This document shows positions 1-10,390 of a stretch of DNA of 22,642 nucleotides, in pieces. Each line of letters begins with the position of its first letter. The first letter of the stretch is position 1. The stretch is from NCBI GenBank assembly GCA_003707115.1, contig PPNB01000021.1:124001-146642 (forward strand), in the 5' to 3' direction. Source of the DNA: Tortispora ganteri (lineage: Eukaryota). Below the pieces are notes generated by a model. It was not told the DNA's origin. It saw nothing but the letters and a program-made list of their open reading frames with translations, and did no database searches. The translations under genes and the position numbers were made by a program.

Positions 1-1
1 C

Positions 2-1474
2 GCAGAGCAGACTCCGGATCGCGCAAAGATTTTTATGAAGTGCCGCGTCACATCTATTTTGAAAGAAGGTAACAAAATTATTGGTGTTGAGTATGAAGAT
101 GCTCAAGGTGAGAAGAAACGCGACTACGGCCCCGTTGTCCTTGCCACCGGAGGTTACGCCGCCGATTTCACCGAAACCTCCTTCATCAAAAAATATCGTC
201 CTGAAATTTTTGATTTGCCCTCGACAAACGGCACGCATGCTACTGGTGACGGCCAGAAAATGGTGCTCGCTATTGGCGGCAACGGCGTAGATCTCGAGAA
301 GATCCAGGTTCACCCTACTGGACTTGTCGACCCACGCGATCCCGACAACAAATGGAAGTTTTTGGCCGCTGAGGCCCTACGTGGAGAGGGCGGTTTGCTT
401 TTGAATGGCAATGGAGAGCGCTTCTGTGACGAACTTGGTCGTCGTGACTACGTATCCGGTGAAATGTTCAAAAACAAGTTCCCTATCCGACTCGTCCTCA
501 ACGGCAAGGCATCTAATGTGCTCGACTTCCATACCAAGCACTATGCTGGCCGTGGACTTATGAAGAAAATGACGGGGGAAGAGCTTGCTAAAGATATCGG
601 TATCCCTGCGTCTAAACTCCAAAAGGTATTTGAGGAGTACAACGAGATTGCTGACGGCAAAAAGAAGGATCCCTTCGGCAAGAAGTTCTTCGCAAATGGT
701 CCTGTCACTATTGACGACGACAACTTTTATGTAGCTCTCGTCACGCCTGTACTGCATTTCACAATGGGTGGTGTTGAAATTAATGACAAAGCGGAGGTAC
801 TGAACCACGACAAGGAGCCATTTGAAGGTCTGTTTGCCTGTGGTGAACTCGCAGGTGGTGTACACGGAGCCAACCGTCTTGGTGGATCGTCGCTTTTAGG
901 TTGTGTAGTCTACGGACGTGTTGCAGCTGACTCTGCCAGCAAGTACCTCTTCCAGAAAGTGCTCAAGGAAGATAGCGGTGCTTCTGGCGCTGCTAGCCGT
1001 CTGGGTCAGATCAGTCTGCACATCGATCCGTCGCAGCCCGGTCGCATTGTAGTCGACTGGAGTAATAAAGGCGGCAATGACGACGACAATAATGGCGGAA
1101 ACGCTCCACCTGCTGCCGGCGGTCAAGGCGCGTCGATCGCTTCATCGTCGTCTTCTGGGTCGTCATCCTCTTCGGCCGCTCCACCCGCAGCGAAACCCAA
1201 AGCATTCAGTATCCCCGATAAGGAGTACTCAATGGAAGACGTAGCTAAGCATAATAAGAAAGACGACTGCTGGGTTGTGGTAAAGGGTGTGGTTATGGAC
1301 GTGACTAAGTTCCTTCCTGACCATCCTGGCGGTGAGAATGCTATTGTGAACTTCGCTGGTCGCGACGCCACCGAGGAATTCGAGATGCTGCACGAAGACC
1401 GTGTTATCCCGAAATATGCCGGTTACGCTGTCATCGGCAAGCTTGCAGGATCTGAGCCTTCTCTCGAGCTGTAA
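2..1474 (+). CDS. OSM1: FAD-dependent fumarate reductase (Osm1/Frd1 family) with C-terminal cytochrome b5 heme domain; 5'-truncated by the window edge
   Basis: Frame is open from base 2 (AEQTPDRAKIF-MKCRV). Flavoprotein motifs QVHPTG, EALRGEGG, LHFTMGG and GGVHGANRLGGSSL are present, followed by a G/N/S/A-rich linker and a cytochrome b5 signature (HNKKDDCWVVV, FLPDHPGG, GRDATEEF..LH). Confidence 0.93.
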   Translation, partial: AEQTPDRAKIFMKCRVTSILKEGNKIIGVEYEDAQGEKKRDYGPVVLATGGYAADFTETSFIKKYRPEIFDLPSTNGTHATGDGQKMVLAIGGNGVDLEKIQVHPTGLVDPRDPDNKWKFLAAEALRGEGGLLLNGNGERFCDELGRRDYVSGEMFKNKFPIRLVLNGKASNVLDFHTKHYAGRGLMKKMTGEELAKDIGIPASKLQKVFEEYNEIADGKKKDPFGKKFFANGPVTIDDDNFYVALVTPVLHFTMGGVEINDKAEVLNHDKEPFEGLFACGELAGGVHGANRLGGSSLLGCVVYGRVAADSASKYLFQKVLKEDSGASGAASRLGQISLHIDPSQPGRIVVDWSNKGGNDDDNNGGNAPPAAGGQGASIASSSSSGSSSSSAAPPAAKPKAFSIPDKEYSMEDVAKHNKKDDCWVVVKGVVMDVTKFLPDHPGGENAIVNFAGRDATEEFEMLHEDRVIPKYAGYAVIGKLAGSEPSLEL

Positions 1475-1597
1475 AAAAAAGAGCAGGAGCAAATGCAGTT
1501 CAAAATTTTAGTTTACAGTAATACCAATATATACGGCTATTATAGTTGTTCAGTGAGTTACCCGGTTCAATATAATAAACCTTGAGCTCCCAACTTT

Positions 1598-1660
1598 AAA
1601 ATGAAGAAGAAAAAAAAAAATTTTGAGTTTCCAACCCACCGACAACTTCTTCTTCATTTT
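1598..1660. repeat. 14-bp perfect inverted repeat upstream of SSB
   Basis: AAAATGAAGAAGAA (1598-1611) and TTCTTCTTCATTTT (1647-1660), with a 35-nt spacer. Confidence 0.8.
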
Positions 1661-1735
1661 TTTTTTTGCAAGAACAGTCGCCCTTCTTACCCTTTCTTTT
1701 CTTATCTTTATACTCCTTAAAATAAAAATTTCATA

Positions 1736-3577
1736 ATGTCTGAAGCTTACGACGGTGCTATTGGTATCGATTTAGGTACCACCTACTCCTGCGTAGCTGT
1801 CTACGAGTCTGCTGTTGAGATCATTGCTAATGAACAAGGTAACCGTGTTACTCCTTCATTCGTATCTTTCACTGCCGAAGAGCGTCTTATTGGTGATGCC
1901 GCTAAGAACCAGGCCGCCATGAATCCGGCGAACACTGTTTTTGATGCTAAGCGCCTCATTGGCCGTCGTTTCGATGACCCCACTGTCAAGAAAGATGCCG
2001 AGACCTGGCCTTTCAAGGTTGTTGACGGAGGTAACAACACTCCTCTCATCGAGGTTGAATATCTCGGCGAAACCAAACGTTTCAGCCCTCAAGAGATTTC
2101 GGCTATGGTTTTGAGCAAGATGCGCGAAATTGCCGAGACTAAACTCGGAAAGTCTGTCGCCAAGGCCGTCATCACCGTCCCTGCCTACTTCAACGACGCC
2201 CAGCGTCAGGCCACCAAGGACGCCGGTCAAATCGCGGGTCTTGATGTCCTCCGTATTATTAACGAGCCCACTGCTGCCGCTATTGCCTATGGACTCGGTG
2301 CCGGTAAATCTAAGGAGGAAAAGCACGTCCTCATCTTCGATCTCGGTGGTGGTACATTCGATGTCTCTCTCCTTTCAATCCAGGGCGGTATCTTCACCGT
2401 CAAAGCCACCAATGGTGATACCCATCTCGGTGGACAAGATTTCGATACCAACCTCCTCAACCAGCTTAAAGCTGACTTCAAGAAGAAGACTGGTGTTGAT
2501 ATTTCCGATGATGCCCGTGCTCTACGTCGTCTCCGCACCGCTTGCGAGCGCGCTAAGCGCACTCTTTCCTCTGCCACCTCTGCTCTCATTGAAATTGATT
2601 CTCTTGCTGGTGGCGAGGACTTTTCTTCTACCGTTTCTCGCGCTCGTTTCGAAGACTTGAACTCAACTGTGTTCAAAAACACCCTTGAACCTGTCGCTAA
2701 GGTTCTTAAGGATGCCGACATCGACAAGTCTAAGGTTGACGAGGTCGTTCTTGTCGGTGGATCTACTCGTATTCCAAAGGTCCAGAAACTTCTCTCTGAT
2801 TTCTTCGACGGCAAGCAACTCGAGAAGAGTATCAACCCTGACGAGGCTGTTGCCTACGGTGCCGCTGTACAGGGTGCTGTCCTTACCAACAAGGCTACTG
2901 GCGAGGCCACTGAAGACCTGTTGCTTCTTGATGTCGTTCCTCTTTCTCTTGGTGTTGCCATGGAGGGAAACATTTTTGCTCCTGTCATCCCGCGTAACAC
3001 TACTGTTCCTACTATCAAAAAGCGCACTTTTACCACTGTTGGCGACTATCAGACCACTGTCCAGTTTCCTGTCTACCAAGGTGAGCGTGTTAACTGCAGC
3101 GAGAACACCCTTCTTGGTGAGTTCGACCTTACCGGTATCCCACCCATGCGCGCTGGCGAACCCGTTCTTGAGGCCACCTTCGAGGTCGATGCTAATGGTA
3201 TTTTGAAGGTCACTGCCACAGAAAAGAGTTCTGGACGCAGTTCCAACATTACTATTTCGAACTCTGTTGGTCGTCTGTCAACTGCTGAGATTGAGAAGAT
3301 GATCTCCGATGCTGAGAAGTTCAAGACCCAGGACGCTGCCTTCTCCAAGAAGCACGAAGCCAAGCAGCAACTTGAAGCCTACATTTCCCAGGTCGAAGGA
3401 CTCACTACTGACCCTGGTGTAGCTATGAAGATGAAGACTGCTGCCCGCAATCGCATTGAGGAGTCGCTATCTGACGCCATGGCCGCCCTTGAGGTCGAAG
3501 ACTCTTCTGCTGACGACTACTTCAAAGCCCAGGTCGCTCTTAAGCGTGTTGTCACCAAAGCTATGAACACTCGTTAA
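1736..3577 (+). CDS. SSB1: Ribosome-associated Hsp70 chaperone, Ssb type
   Basis: 613 aa; [23 protein letters not shown] and [14 protein letters not shown] motifs. Lacks EEVD and ends [12 protein letters not shown], typical of Ssb. Strong codon bias. Confidence 0.97.
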   Translation: MSEAYDGAIGIDLGTTYSCVAVYESAVEIIANEQGNRVTPSFVSFTAEERLIGDAAKNQAAMNPANTVFDAKRLIGRRFDDPTVKKDAETWPFKVVDGGNNTPLIEVEYLGETKRFSPQEISAMVLSKMREIAETKLGKSVAKAVITVPAYFNDAQRQATKDAGQIAGLDVLRIINEPTAAAIAYGLGAGKSKEEKHVLIFDLGGGTFDVSLLSIQGGIFTVKATNGDTHLGGQDFDTNLLNQLKADFKKKTGVDISDDARALRRLRTACERAKRTLSSATSALIEIDSLAGGEDFSSTVSRARFEDLNSTVFKNTLEPVAKVLKDADIDKSKVDEVVLVGGSTRIPKVQKLLSDFFDGKQLEKSINPDEAVAYGAAVQGAVLTNKATGEATEDLLLLDVVPLSLGVAMEGNIFAPVIPRNTTVPTIKKRTFTTVGDYQTTVQFPVYQGERVNCSENTLLGEFDLTGIPPMRAGEPVLEATFEVDANGILKVTATEKSSGRSSNITISNSVGRLSTAEIEKMISDAEKFKTQDAAFSKKHEAKQQLEAYISQVEGLTTDPGVAMKMKTAARNRIEESLSDAMAALEVEDSSADDYFKAQVALKRVVTKAMNTR

Positions 3578-3912
3578 ACAGTTCGCTAATGGCTAAAGCG
3601 ATCGCTTATGGCCACTTTCTTGCTAAGGGATATACCAAAAGGGGGGAATGATTTTGATTTGTTATTGAAGGATACAAAATGTTAAAAAAAGTGAACAAGA
3701 ATGTTTTCATTTTTGCGGAAACGCATGAATATATCATTACTGCTTTTACGATATACGCCTAGAAGTTATATGGCATAATATTATATATTAGATCAAAGAG
3801 AACACCGGATAGACCTTGTTTTTTTTATTTATATATGTACATAAGTAAATACAACCCGTTTAGTGGATCATTACGGAAAGCACGCGAATATGGCCTAGTG
3901 TAGATAGCTTGT

Positions 3913-4638
3913 TTAGAGCCTGGTCCAGGCGACTAGACTGATGAGCAGCGACAGGAGACACGCTTTTGGGGTCAACTGCACGGCTGCTGATATTGGGGTA
4001 GTAGCGACTGGTGGCGCAATGGTAGTGACGGCGACCGGCGTAGTAGTAGCGATTGTCGTGACATATGATAGATGTGTTTCAGAAGAAGCGCAATAGACCG
4101 GGGTACATGACTTAACATGTGTGGTAGTCGTGACTGGTTGAGTAACAATAGGATCGACAGGGCAGCAAGGGAGTGGGTAGTTAGGTTGCGGGCAGACAGA
4201 GTCTGGACCAATAACTTGATCGCGCTTTTCGGGGGTTTCGAGAAAAGAAACAGGAGATCCCGGGTTCTGAGATTTAGGACCAATATTGTTACAATTGAAC
4301 TCAGTGTAGCAGTAGTTAAGACAAGCAGCATCGTCTTTGGTGCAGGATGTGACGCAGTGATCTTGATTTATACTGCAGATCTGAAAGGGAATAGTTTGAG
4401 TATATAAAGAGAGGTTAGGAGTTGCTCCATCAGAACATTTACAATTGTACTGGAGGTTATGCGGAGTGCAGAAGTTGGTAGTGACGTCAAGACCTAGATC
4501 AAGGCAGAATGCCTTGCAAGTTAATGATTGTGTAGAACACCATTCAACGCGCTCACTTAGATCAGATACTTGCAAGACTAACTGTACATGTGAATCATCA
4601 TGAATAAATGGTTTGAGTTCAGGAGCCTTAACCATCAT
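3913..4638 (-). CDS. Cys-rich fungal cell-surface protein (DUF7707-like domain), Thr/Pro-rich stalk, putative GPI signal
   Basis: Cys pattern WC..Q...C...C ... N.C....L.Y.C.C..G..PN.S.Y.QTIPF.IC......CV..C. Followed by a T/P/V-rich region and a C-terminal SAA plus hydrophobic tail (ACLLSLLISLVAW). The N-terminus lacks an obvious signal peptide, so the start is uncertain. Confidence 0.7.
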   Translation of the reverse strand: MMVKAPELKPFIHDDSHVQLVLQVSDLSERVEWCSTQSLTCKAFCLDLGLDVTTNFCTPHNLQYNCKCSDGATPNLSLYTQTIPFQICSINQDHCVTSCTKDDAACLNYCYTEFNCNNIGPKSQNPGSPVSFLETPEKRDQVIGPDSVCPQPNYPLPCCPVDPIVTQPVTTTTHVKSCTPVYCASSETHLSYVTTIATTTPVAVTTIAPPVATTPISAAVQLTPKACLLSLLISLVAWTRL

Positions 4639-4988
4639 TGCTTTAAGAAACGCACATGTGTCTTAGCTGGTGCATGTTATATAGAGGCAAGACCCTGGAT
4701 GGTGTTCAAGTAAACAGGGTAGAGGGCCAGCATTGACTATGCAGCTAGTTATTAGTAAGTACAGATCAATTCATTTATTATATTGAAGATTTTATCGCAA
4801 ATTGACAAAGTGTTTTAGTTGAGTGTGGTATCTGATATAGCGGTAGAAGGTGGAAGTGTAGAGGTTATGAAAGGTATGTTGGATACACAAAAGAAACCTT
4901 TCGACAATTATTAGGCATTGTACAAAAATACCTTTACCGCATTTATCTGCGAAACGGTAATAACCCCTGTTAGTGACGAAACTTTGCA

Positions 4989-5816
4989 ATGTCTGGAATC
5001 TTGCAGGTTTTGTCAAGACTAGCGCGAGCGTCGTCTAAGAAAGAGCCACGCGAACCGACATCGACTATAGATGAATCGACAGATTCCGATACACAGGAGT
5101 CTACTACACCGGTATTACCATTGAAATTTGATGAGAAATTACAGATAATTGAGAGAAAATCATATGAAACTAATAAAACGACTCTAAAACGACCACAGTT
5201 CTTACTGAAATCGCCACCAGATACTATAGTATCTGCATTTGAACAGGGACTCGCAACTACAGCACCAGACCCACTAACTGATGAACTTTACTCATCTCGC
5301 CATTGGGTTATCTCGAGATCAGAGAAACATTTGCTTAATATTGAACGTGAACGTATTGTTTTCGATATCCACAAACTCCGCTCACAGCTAGAAGGTCTTA
5401 CTAGCGATGATTGGCGTAGATTCGTTAATTCTATGCAACCTGAAACGCATCCCGACGACTATGAGAAGGTTCAAAAGACTTTAATACGCAATACTTCTGC
5501 CTCTATTGCTCATTATGACTCATATAAATACAAGGAACAGCAGCTTAAAGAGCAATTGAGGCAGCAGACAGAGCAACGCCAGCTAGTTGACCAACAAACT
5601 AAACGGCACCGTATACGGCAACAAAAGAGCAAACCATCATTGCCAAACAGACCATTTGTGACATTCTACAAAAACAAATCTTTATTTGTACCAATGAACG
5701 ACAGAAAACGCCGTCGCGGAAGACATCAGTACGCTTTTGGCCATCCTGTCGCTGTACCCGAGCATTTCACAGAGTTCTCGCTACCTGACAGTTTACGCGA
5801 ACAACAGAACGACTAG
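4989..5816 (+). CDS. SAS4: SAS histone acetyltransferase complex subunit Sas4-like
   Basis: DPLTDELYSSRH...SEKHLLNIERER...L...LEGL...DW resembles the SAS4 domain. The C-terminal FVTFY...AFGHPV...EFSLP resembles fungal Sas4 tails. Confidence 0.8.
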   Translation: MSGILQVLSRLARASSKKEPREPTSTIDESTDSDTQESTTPVLPLKFDEKLQIIERKSYETNKTTLKRPQFLLKSPPDTIVSAFEQGLATTAPDPLTDELYSSRHWVISRSEKHLLNIERERIVFDIHKLRSQLEGLTSDDWRRFVNSMQPETHPDDYEKVQKTLIRNTSASIAHYDSYKYKEQQLKEQLRQQTEQRQLVDQQTKRHRIRQQKSKPSLPNRPFVTFYKNKSLFVPMNDRKRRRGRHQYAFGHPVAVPEHFTEFSLPDSLREQQND

Positions 5817-5999
5817 ATTATTTTAAAATGACTACTGCTTACTATAATGAATTGCTGTTTTACTATTTTATATATTTTGCAGCAAATTACACTGGCACCA
5901 ACATATTGAAGCACTTAGTCTCTCCCAAATCATCAACAACACCATCATCTGCTTACCTAACTTTACCCACCCCACTTCGAAAAAGCAACTTGCACGGCG

Positions 6000-8900
6000 A
6001 TGAGCCGGTTCATTGACGGATTATCCGTCGCTAACCAGACTGTATTTGTGGATTTTGACTTTCAAAACTGTTCGCTCACTGGATGGACAGAAATATCCGT
6101 GGTACCGTCTACACATACCCTCGACACCATCTCCCTCGACTGTCGTCAGATAAATATCCATTCTGTTTCAATAAATGGCCAGGACGCAAACTACACTTAC
6201 AACAATCCATGTAGATATTTGCATCTAAGCAAACATTCTACCGTATTTCAACATCATTTCCTCAGGAACGCCTTAGCCTCCGTATGTGGCGATGACCCGG
6301 GAAAAGAGCTCTCTATAAAAGTGCCCAGGGGCCTCGTAACAGCCCGCTCTACACCAGCAGCGCCTCGCACCCTCGATACACGATCCTCCCGTCACTCACC
6401 AGACCCTGATGCTGGCTCTTCACATTTCGAACCGTTGCTTATCCGCATAGAGTACTCTCTTGTTAATCCACTCGATGGTATCTCCTTTGCACAGTGCACC
6501 GATACCTCCCCCAACGCATATCCTCATGTATATACCACTAACGACCCCATCGCTTGCTCTACATCACTATGGACCCCATGTATAGATGGAATATGGGAAC
6601 GCTGCACATGGGAGCTAAAGTTCTCTATCCCCAGAACTGTGGCTGACATATTCAAACCAACCACATCCTCTTCGACACCTTCTTCTCCAGGCTCTCCGAG
6701 CTCTCTAGACTCAACTATGCACATCAATACAGAATATGAGCCTTTAATTGACAAGCAGGATCCGTCATCTATGCGGCCTACAAGCACACAACACCAGAAA
6801 ACGGGTAAAGCACCCAACCCTACCGATTCCGAAAGCCTCGAAATGAGTATTATATGTTCCGGCGATATAGTCGAAGAGTATGCCCATCCAACTGACTATA
6901 GAAAGAAAGTCATTTCATGTATAGTTGGATCGGCAGTGGGTGCACAACATATTGCTTTTGCCATTGGTCCGTTTCAGAAATTCGATCTTTCACAGCTGGA
7001 GGATAAGGAGGATGTAGGCGAGAACTCTGAAGAAACCGACATCAATGCATATTTTCTTCCTGGGAACGAAAATTTAGTTAAGAATACGTGTCTTTTTGTG
7101 CCAGAAGCTATGCGCTTTATTAGTGACAATTACGGCTCGTACCCTTTCACTGATTTTAAGCTGTGTTTTGTTCGTGATGCCGTTAATGACTGCGTTGCTG
7201 CCACTGGCCTCGCTCTTTGCAGTGAAAGAATCTTGTTTCCGCAAGACGTAATTGATCCTATATACCAGAGAACAAAGCAAATAACAACTGCTGTTGCCAG
7301 TCAATGGTGTGGCATCAATATCATTCCTAAGAACTGGGGCGACTACTGGATAACTATTGGAATTAGCTCATTTATTGCTAGTGCCTTCATGAGACAGTTG
7401 ACTGGTAAAAATGAACATCGATTTCGCTTGCGCAAAGAATCAGACAAAATGCTAGAACTTGATATAGGCAAACCGCCGTTAGCATACCCTAATTTTAATC
7501 GTCCTTTGTTAGCAAAATCGCTCGAATTCATGCAGTTAAAAGCCCCGGCAGTACTACACATTTTGGACCGAAGAATGACAAAGATAAGTGGCTCTTATAA
7601 CTTGTCTCGAGTTATACCGAAACTGTTTCTACAAGGAATGTCCGGTGAGCTGTTCAACGGTATGCTGAGTACGGGCCATTTTGCACGGACCTGCGAGCGG
7701 GTCGCTCATATGAAGCTCGATGCATTTTTCAAAAGCTGGGTTTATAATTCAGGATACCCTATTTTTCGCGTTACTCAGAGATTCAATAAAAAAAAGATGT
7801 TTGTCGAAATGGGTATACGGCAGGTGCAGCTCTCGGAAGTGCCTCCTCCAACAATCGACGAGGAAGAATTTGTCGAGGACTCTCGTAACCACTTGAAAGG
7901 GTTTGCGGGGGTTCCAATTCAGCCCGTCTTTCCAGGACCCATGACTATACGTATCCACGAAGCCGATGGTACTCCTTATGAGCATATCGTTGATATCAGG
8001 GAAGGGTTCACAAAACTTGATATTCAGTACAATACAAAATACAAGCGCCTGAAACGTGTTAAGAAACAACGTGATAAACAGGTGCAAGCCAATATTGAGA
8101 ATTCAGATGAAGTTCAGGTTGCAACTGAAGTTTTGTTGCACTCTCTTGGCGATGTACTACAGACTGACGAAGATATAGAGGAGTGGAAGCTTCATGACTG
8201 GACAAAAGAAGATGAAGACCGGATGAACAGTGAAGCGTTTGAGTGGATCCGTTTAGACGCAGACTTTGAATGGATTGGAAGAATTTATATTAGTCAACCT
8301 GATTACATGTTTCTGTCGCAATTGCAACAGGACCGTGATGTTATAGCTCACTACGAAGCCGTTCAATATTTTGCTAATCGAGCTAGCCGGAATTCTGGAG
8401 AAAGTGGTCGCATATATTCTTCAATCCTTGTCAGGACATTGATGGATATGCGATACTATTACGGTGTACGCATGGAAGCAGCTTCTGCATTAGCAAAATA
8501 CGCAACGTCCAATTTGGATTATATTGGATCATTCCATTTAATGAAAGCTTACAAAACACTGTATTGTTTTGATAATTCGACTATCCCACGCGAGAATGAT
8601 TTTTCTAATTTTGCGTCATATTTTGTGCAGAAAGCTATTATTCAAGCATTGTCTACAGTTCGCGACGAGAATGGCGATACTCCCCTCAACATTAAGAAAT
8701 TCTTGCTGGATCTCTTGAAATACAACGAGAACTTTAATAACCCATATTCTGACTGCTATTTTATTGGTGAACTGATTGTAAATATTTGCAATGCTGCGAA
8801 ATCTCCTAACAGTTCTAATTCATTAATATCGAACTCGAAAGATAAGAGCAAAGAGTCTATCAAGAGTAAAGGTACTGATGAGATGACCAATGGTAACGAT

Positions 8901-10040
8901 ATAGCCATGAACGATTTCGCTATGGATTTCGAGTTTGATTTCCCAGACAGTAACGAACATCGGGAATTTCTTGAGAATTTTGTTCAACTTATTGAGAAGA
9001 ATTTGCGTATGGATCGATGGTCGCCGTCTTATGGGAATATCGTGACCATACTGGGATTGCAAGCCAAAGAGGCTTTGCAGATGGACGGTATGATTGCAAC
9101 TGATCTTAAAGAACTTCTAGATTACTGTCGTCCAAACGTAGAGTCAGTTGTGCGTCGACAAGCCTTGAGAAGCTTACTTACTTTAGGAGGTATTAGAATA
9201 CCTGGTGTCATACGTTACGTGTTCGCGACTATGGCATTAGACAACTCTGGGTTTGTTCGACAGTCGGCAATGGATGCTCTGCATAGAGCAACTGGACATA
9301 TTGCGCTGAAGGGCAGTATAGACGCGCAGAAAGCTGTTGATAGAGATCTTGTTATGATTATTGAGGAGAGAGCTGATATAGCTATTGGCACACGTCGAGA
9401 GAACCTAGCACGTGCCGGTATAGCTGGAGCATTGGCTATGGTGCGGAGAGAGCTTGGTGAGTTACCGTTTCTACAGGAACAAGTGTGGGATATGTTGCAA
9501 AGTGGGCTACTAGGGCTAAAGCTTGAATGCCAGTTGCTTGATCTAAGTGCAGCATTGTACCCTGCGAAGGACTCGCTTATGGTTAAATTGCGCGTTCCTA
9601 GTGAACTACGTCTTGTTGCGACGAGACGTGAGCGGGGACTGATTGTTATTAAGCGAGAATCTCGACTGAATGATATAACCGAGAAACAAAAGTCGGATGA
9701 ACACACGGATATGACGAAGAAAACGAAGAAATCCACGAACAAACTAAACGTGGGGAAGAAAAGTTCGCCAAAGAAGGCCAGTGGAGCTCGGACATCGAAT
9801 GGTGGTCTGTCGAAACTAGTGAAACTGAAAATTCCAAAACATTTTCTACTAGAAGAGGAGGAATACGGAGCTGGCGGTATGTTTGATGTTGACGGTGCAG
9901 ATGATTTGGAACTTAGCGATGCTCCTGAGAGTCCAGGAGTTGTTAAAGTCGAGCCTGCGTCTACTACGGCCACTGCGGGAGCCGAGCCGAGTGTTGTATC
10001 ATCTGCGCCGAAAATCAAGATCAAACTGAAAGGGTTTTAG
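6000..10040 (+). CDS. TAF2: TFIID subunit 2 (aminopeptidase-like fold)
   Basis: 1346 aa; WTPCIDGIWERCTWEL, IAFAIGPF, YGSYPF, FNKKKMFVEMGIRQ, GPMTIRIHEADGTPYEH, FEWIRLDADFEW and QLQQDRDVIAH are characteristic of fungal Taf2. Confidence 0.95.
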   Translation: MSRFIDGLSVANQTVFVDFDFQNCSLTGWTEISVVPSTHTLDTISLDCRQINIHSVSINGQDANYTYNNPCRYLHLSKHSTVFQHHFLRNALASVCGDDPGKELSIKVPRGLVTARSTPAAPRTLDTRSSRHSPDPDAGSSHFEPLLIRIEYSLVNPLDGISFAQCTDTSPNAYPHVYTTNDPIACSTSLWTPCIDGIWERCTWELKFSIPRTVADIFKPTTSSSTPSSPGSPSSLDSTMHINTEYEPLIDKQDPSSMRPTSTQHQKTGKAPNPTDSESLEMSIICSGDIVEEYAHPTDYRKKVISCIVGSAVGAQHIAFAIGPFQKFDLSQLEDKEDVGENSEETDINAYFLPGNENLVKNTCLFVPEAMRFISDNYGSYPFTDFKLCFVRDAVNDCVAATGLALCSERILFPQDVIDPIYQRTKQITTAVASQWCGINIIPKNWGDYWITIGISSFIASAFMRQLTGKNEHRFRLRKESDKMLELDIGKPPLAYPNFNRPLLAKSLEFMQLKAPAVLHILDRRMTKISGSYNLSRVIPKLFLQGMSGELFNGMLSTGHFARTCERVAHMKLDAFFKSWVYNSGYPIFRVTQRFNKKKMFVEMGIRQVQLSEVPPPTIDEEEFVEDSRNHLKGFAGVPIQPVFPGPMTIRIHEADGTPYEHIVDIREGFTKLDIQYNTKYKRLKRVKKQRDKQVQANIENSDEVQVATEVLLHSLGDVLQTDEDIEEWKLHDWTKEDEDRMNSEAFEWIRLDADFEWIGRIYISQPDYMFLSQLQQDRDVIAHYEAVQYFANRASRNSGESGRIYSSILVRTLMDMRYYYGVRMEAASALAKYATSNLDYIGSFHLMKAYKTLYCFDNSTIPRENDFSNFASYFVQKAIIQALSTVRDENGDTPLNIKKFLLDLLKYNENFNNPYSDCYFIGELIVNICNAAKSPNSSNSLISNSKDKSKESIKSKGTDEMTNGNDIAMNDFAMDFEFDFPDSNEHREFLENFVQLIEKNLRMDRWSPSYGNIVTILGLQAKEALQMDGMIATDLKELLDYCRPNVESVVRRQALRSLLTLGGIRIPGVIRYVFATMALDNSGFVRQSAMDALHRATGHIALKGSIDAQKAVDRDLVMIIEERADIAIGTRRENLARAGIAGALAMVRRELGELPFLQEQVWDMLQSGLLGLKLECQLLDLSAALYPAKDSLMVKLRVPSELRLVATRRERGLIVIKRESRLNDITEKQKSDEHTDMTKKTKKSTNKLNVGKKSSPKKASGARTSNGGLSKLVKLKIPKHFLLEEEEYGAGGMFDVDGADDLELSDAPESPGVVKVEPASTTATAGAEPSVVSSAPKIKIKLKGF

Positions 10041-10082
10041 TTGAGATTAGCAGATTAGTAGTAGTAATAACGATGTGAATGT

Positions 10083-10292
10083 TTAAATTTGACGAGATGA
10101 GTGGGATATGCCAATACGGTCAGACTTTGAGCGGGTATCCCTTGCGGAGCGATTAAGGTCATGATCGTGCGTTGGTGTAACTACAGCAAGTGGTTTTACA
10201 TCTTGTGTAATATTTGCACGAGCCTTATTGTCATCATAGGCGAGTACATCAGCAGTTGTTAATTGGATGGCGGTGGGGTCGCGTCTGAGCAT
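10083..10292 (-). CDS. CDC26: Anaphase-promoting complex subunit Cdc26/Hcn1
   Basis: 69 aa; the N-terminal MLRRDPTAIQLTTADVLAY matches the Cdc26 motif MLRRxPTxIxL..xD...Y. Confidence 0.85.
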   Translation of the reverse strand: MLRRDPTAIQLTTADVLAYDDNKARANITQDVKPLAVVTPTHDHDLNRSARDTRSKSDRIGISHSSRQI

Positions 10293-10390
10293 GATATGTG
10301 AAGGAAGTAAAGGGGTGAGGGTTGGATTTTATTGTAGTTTTAATATTTTGGGATTTGGTCTAGTTACTTTGGCGAAAACCAAAAATTAAG

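Noticed and set aside
1801..3363. Several antisense and alternate-frame ORFs over SSB1
   Set aside because: Expected shadow of strong codon bias in Hsp70 genes; fragmented, with no independent motifs.
4867..4973. ATGAAAG/GTATGT...TAATAAC...TAG as a possible first exon and intron of SAS4
   Set aside because: The branch site is non-consensus and the spliced product is out of frame with SAS4.
5828..6016. 62-aa ORF overlapping the TAF2 start
   Set aside because: Begins 11 nt after the SAS4 stop in AT-rich terminator-like sequence, is out of frame with TAF2 and has no motif; probably upstream of the TAF2 TSS.
9215..10024. 269-aa antisense ORF over the TAF2 3' end
   Set aside because: Lies wholly antisense to a confident gene; low-complexity S/A/F-rich mirror sequence with no recognisable domain.
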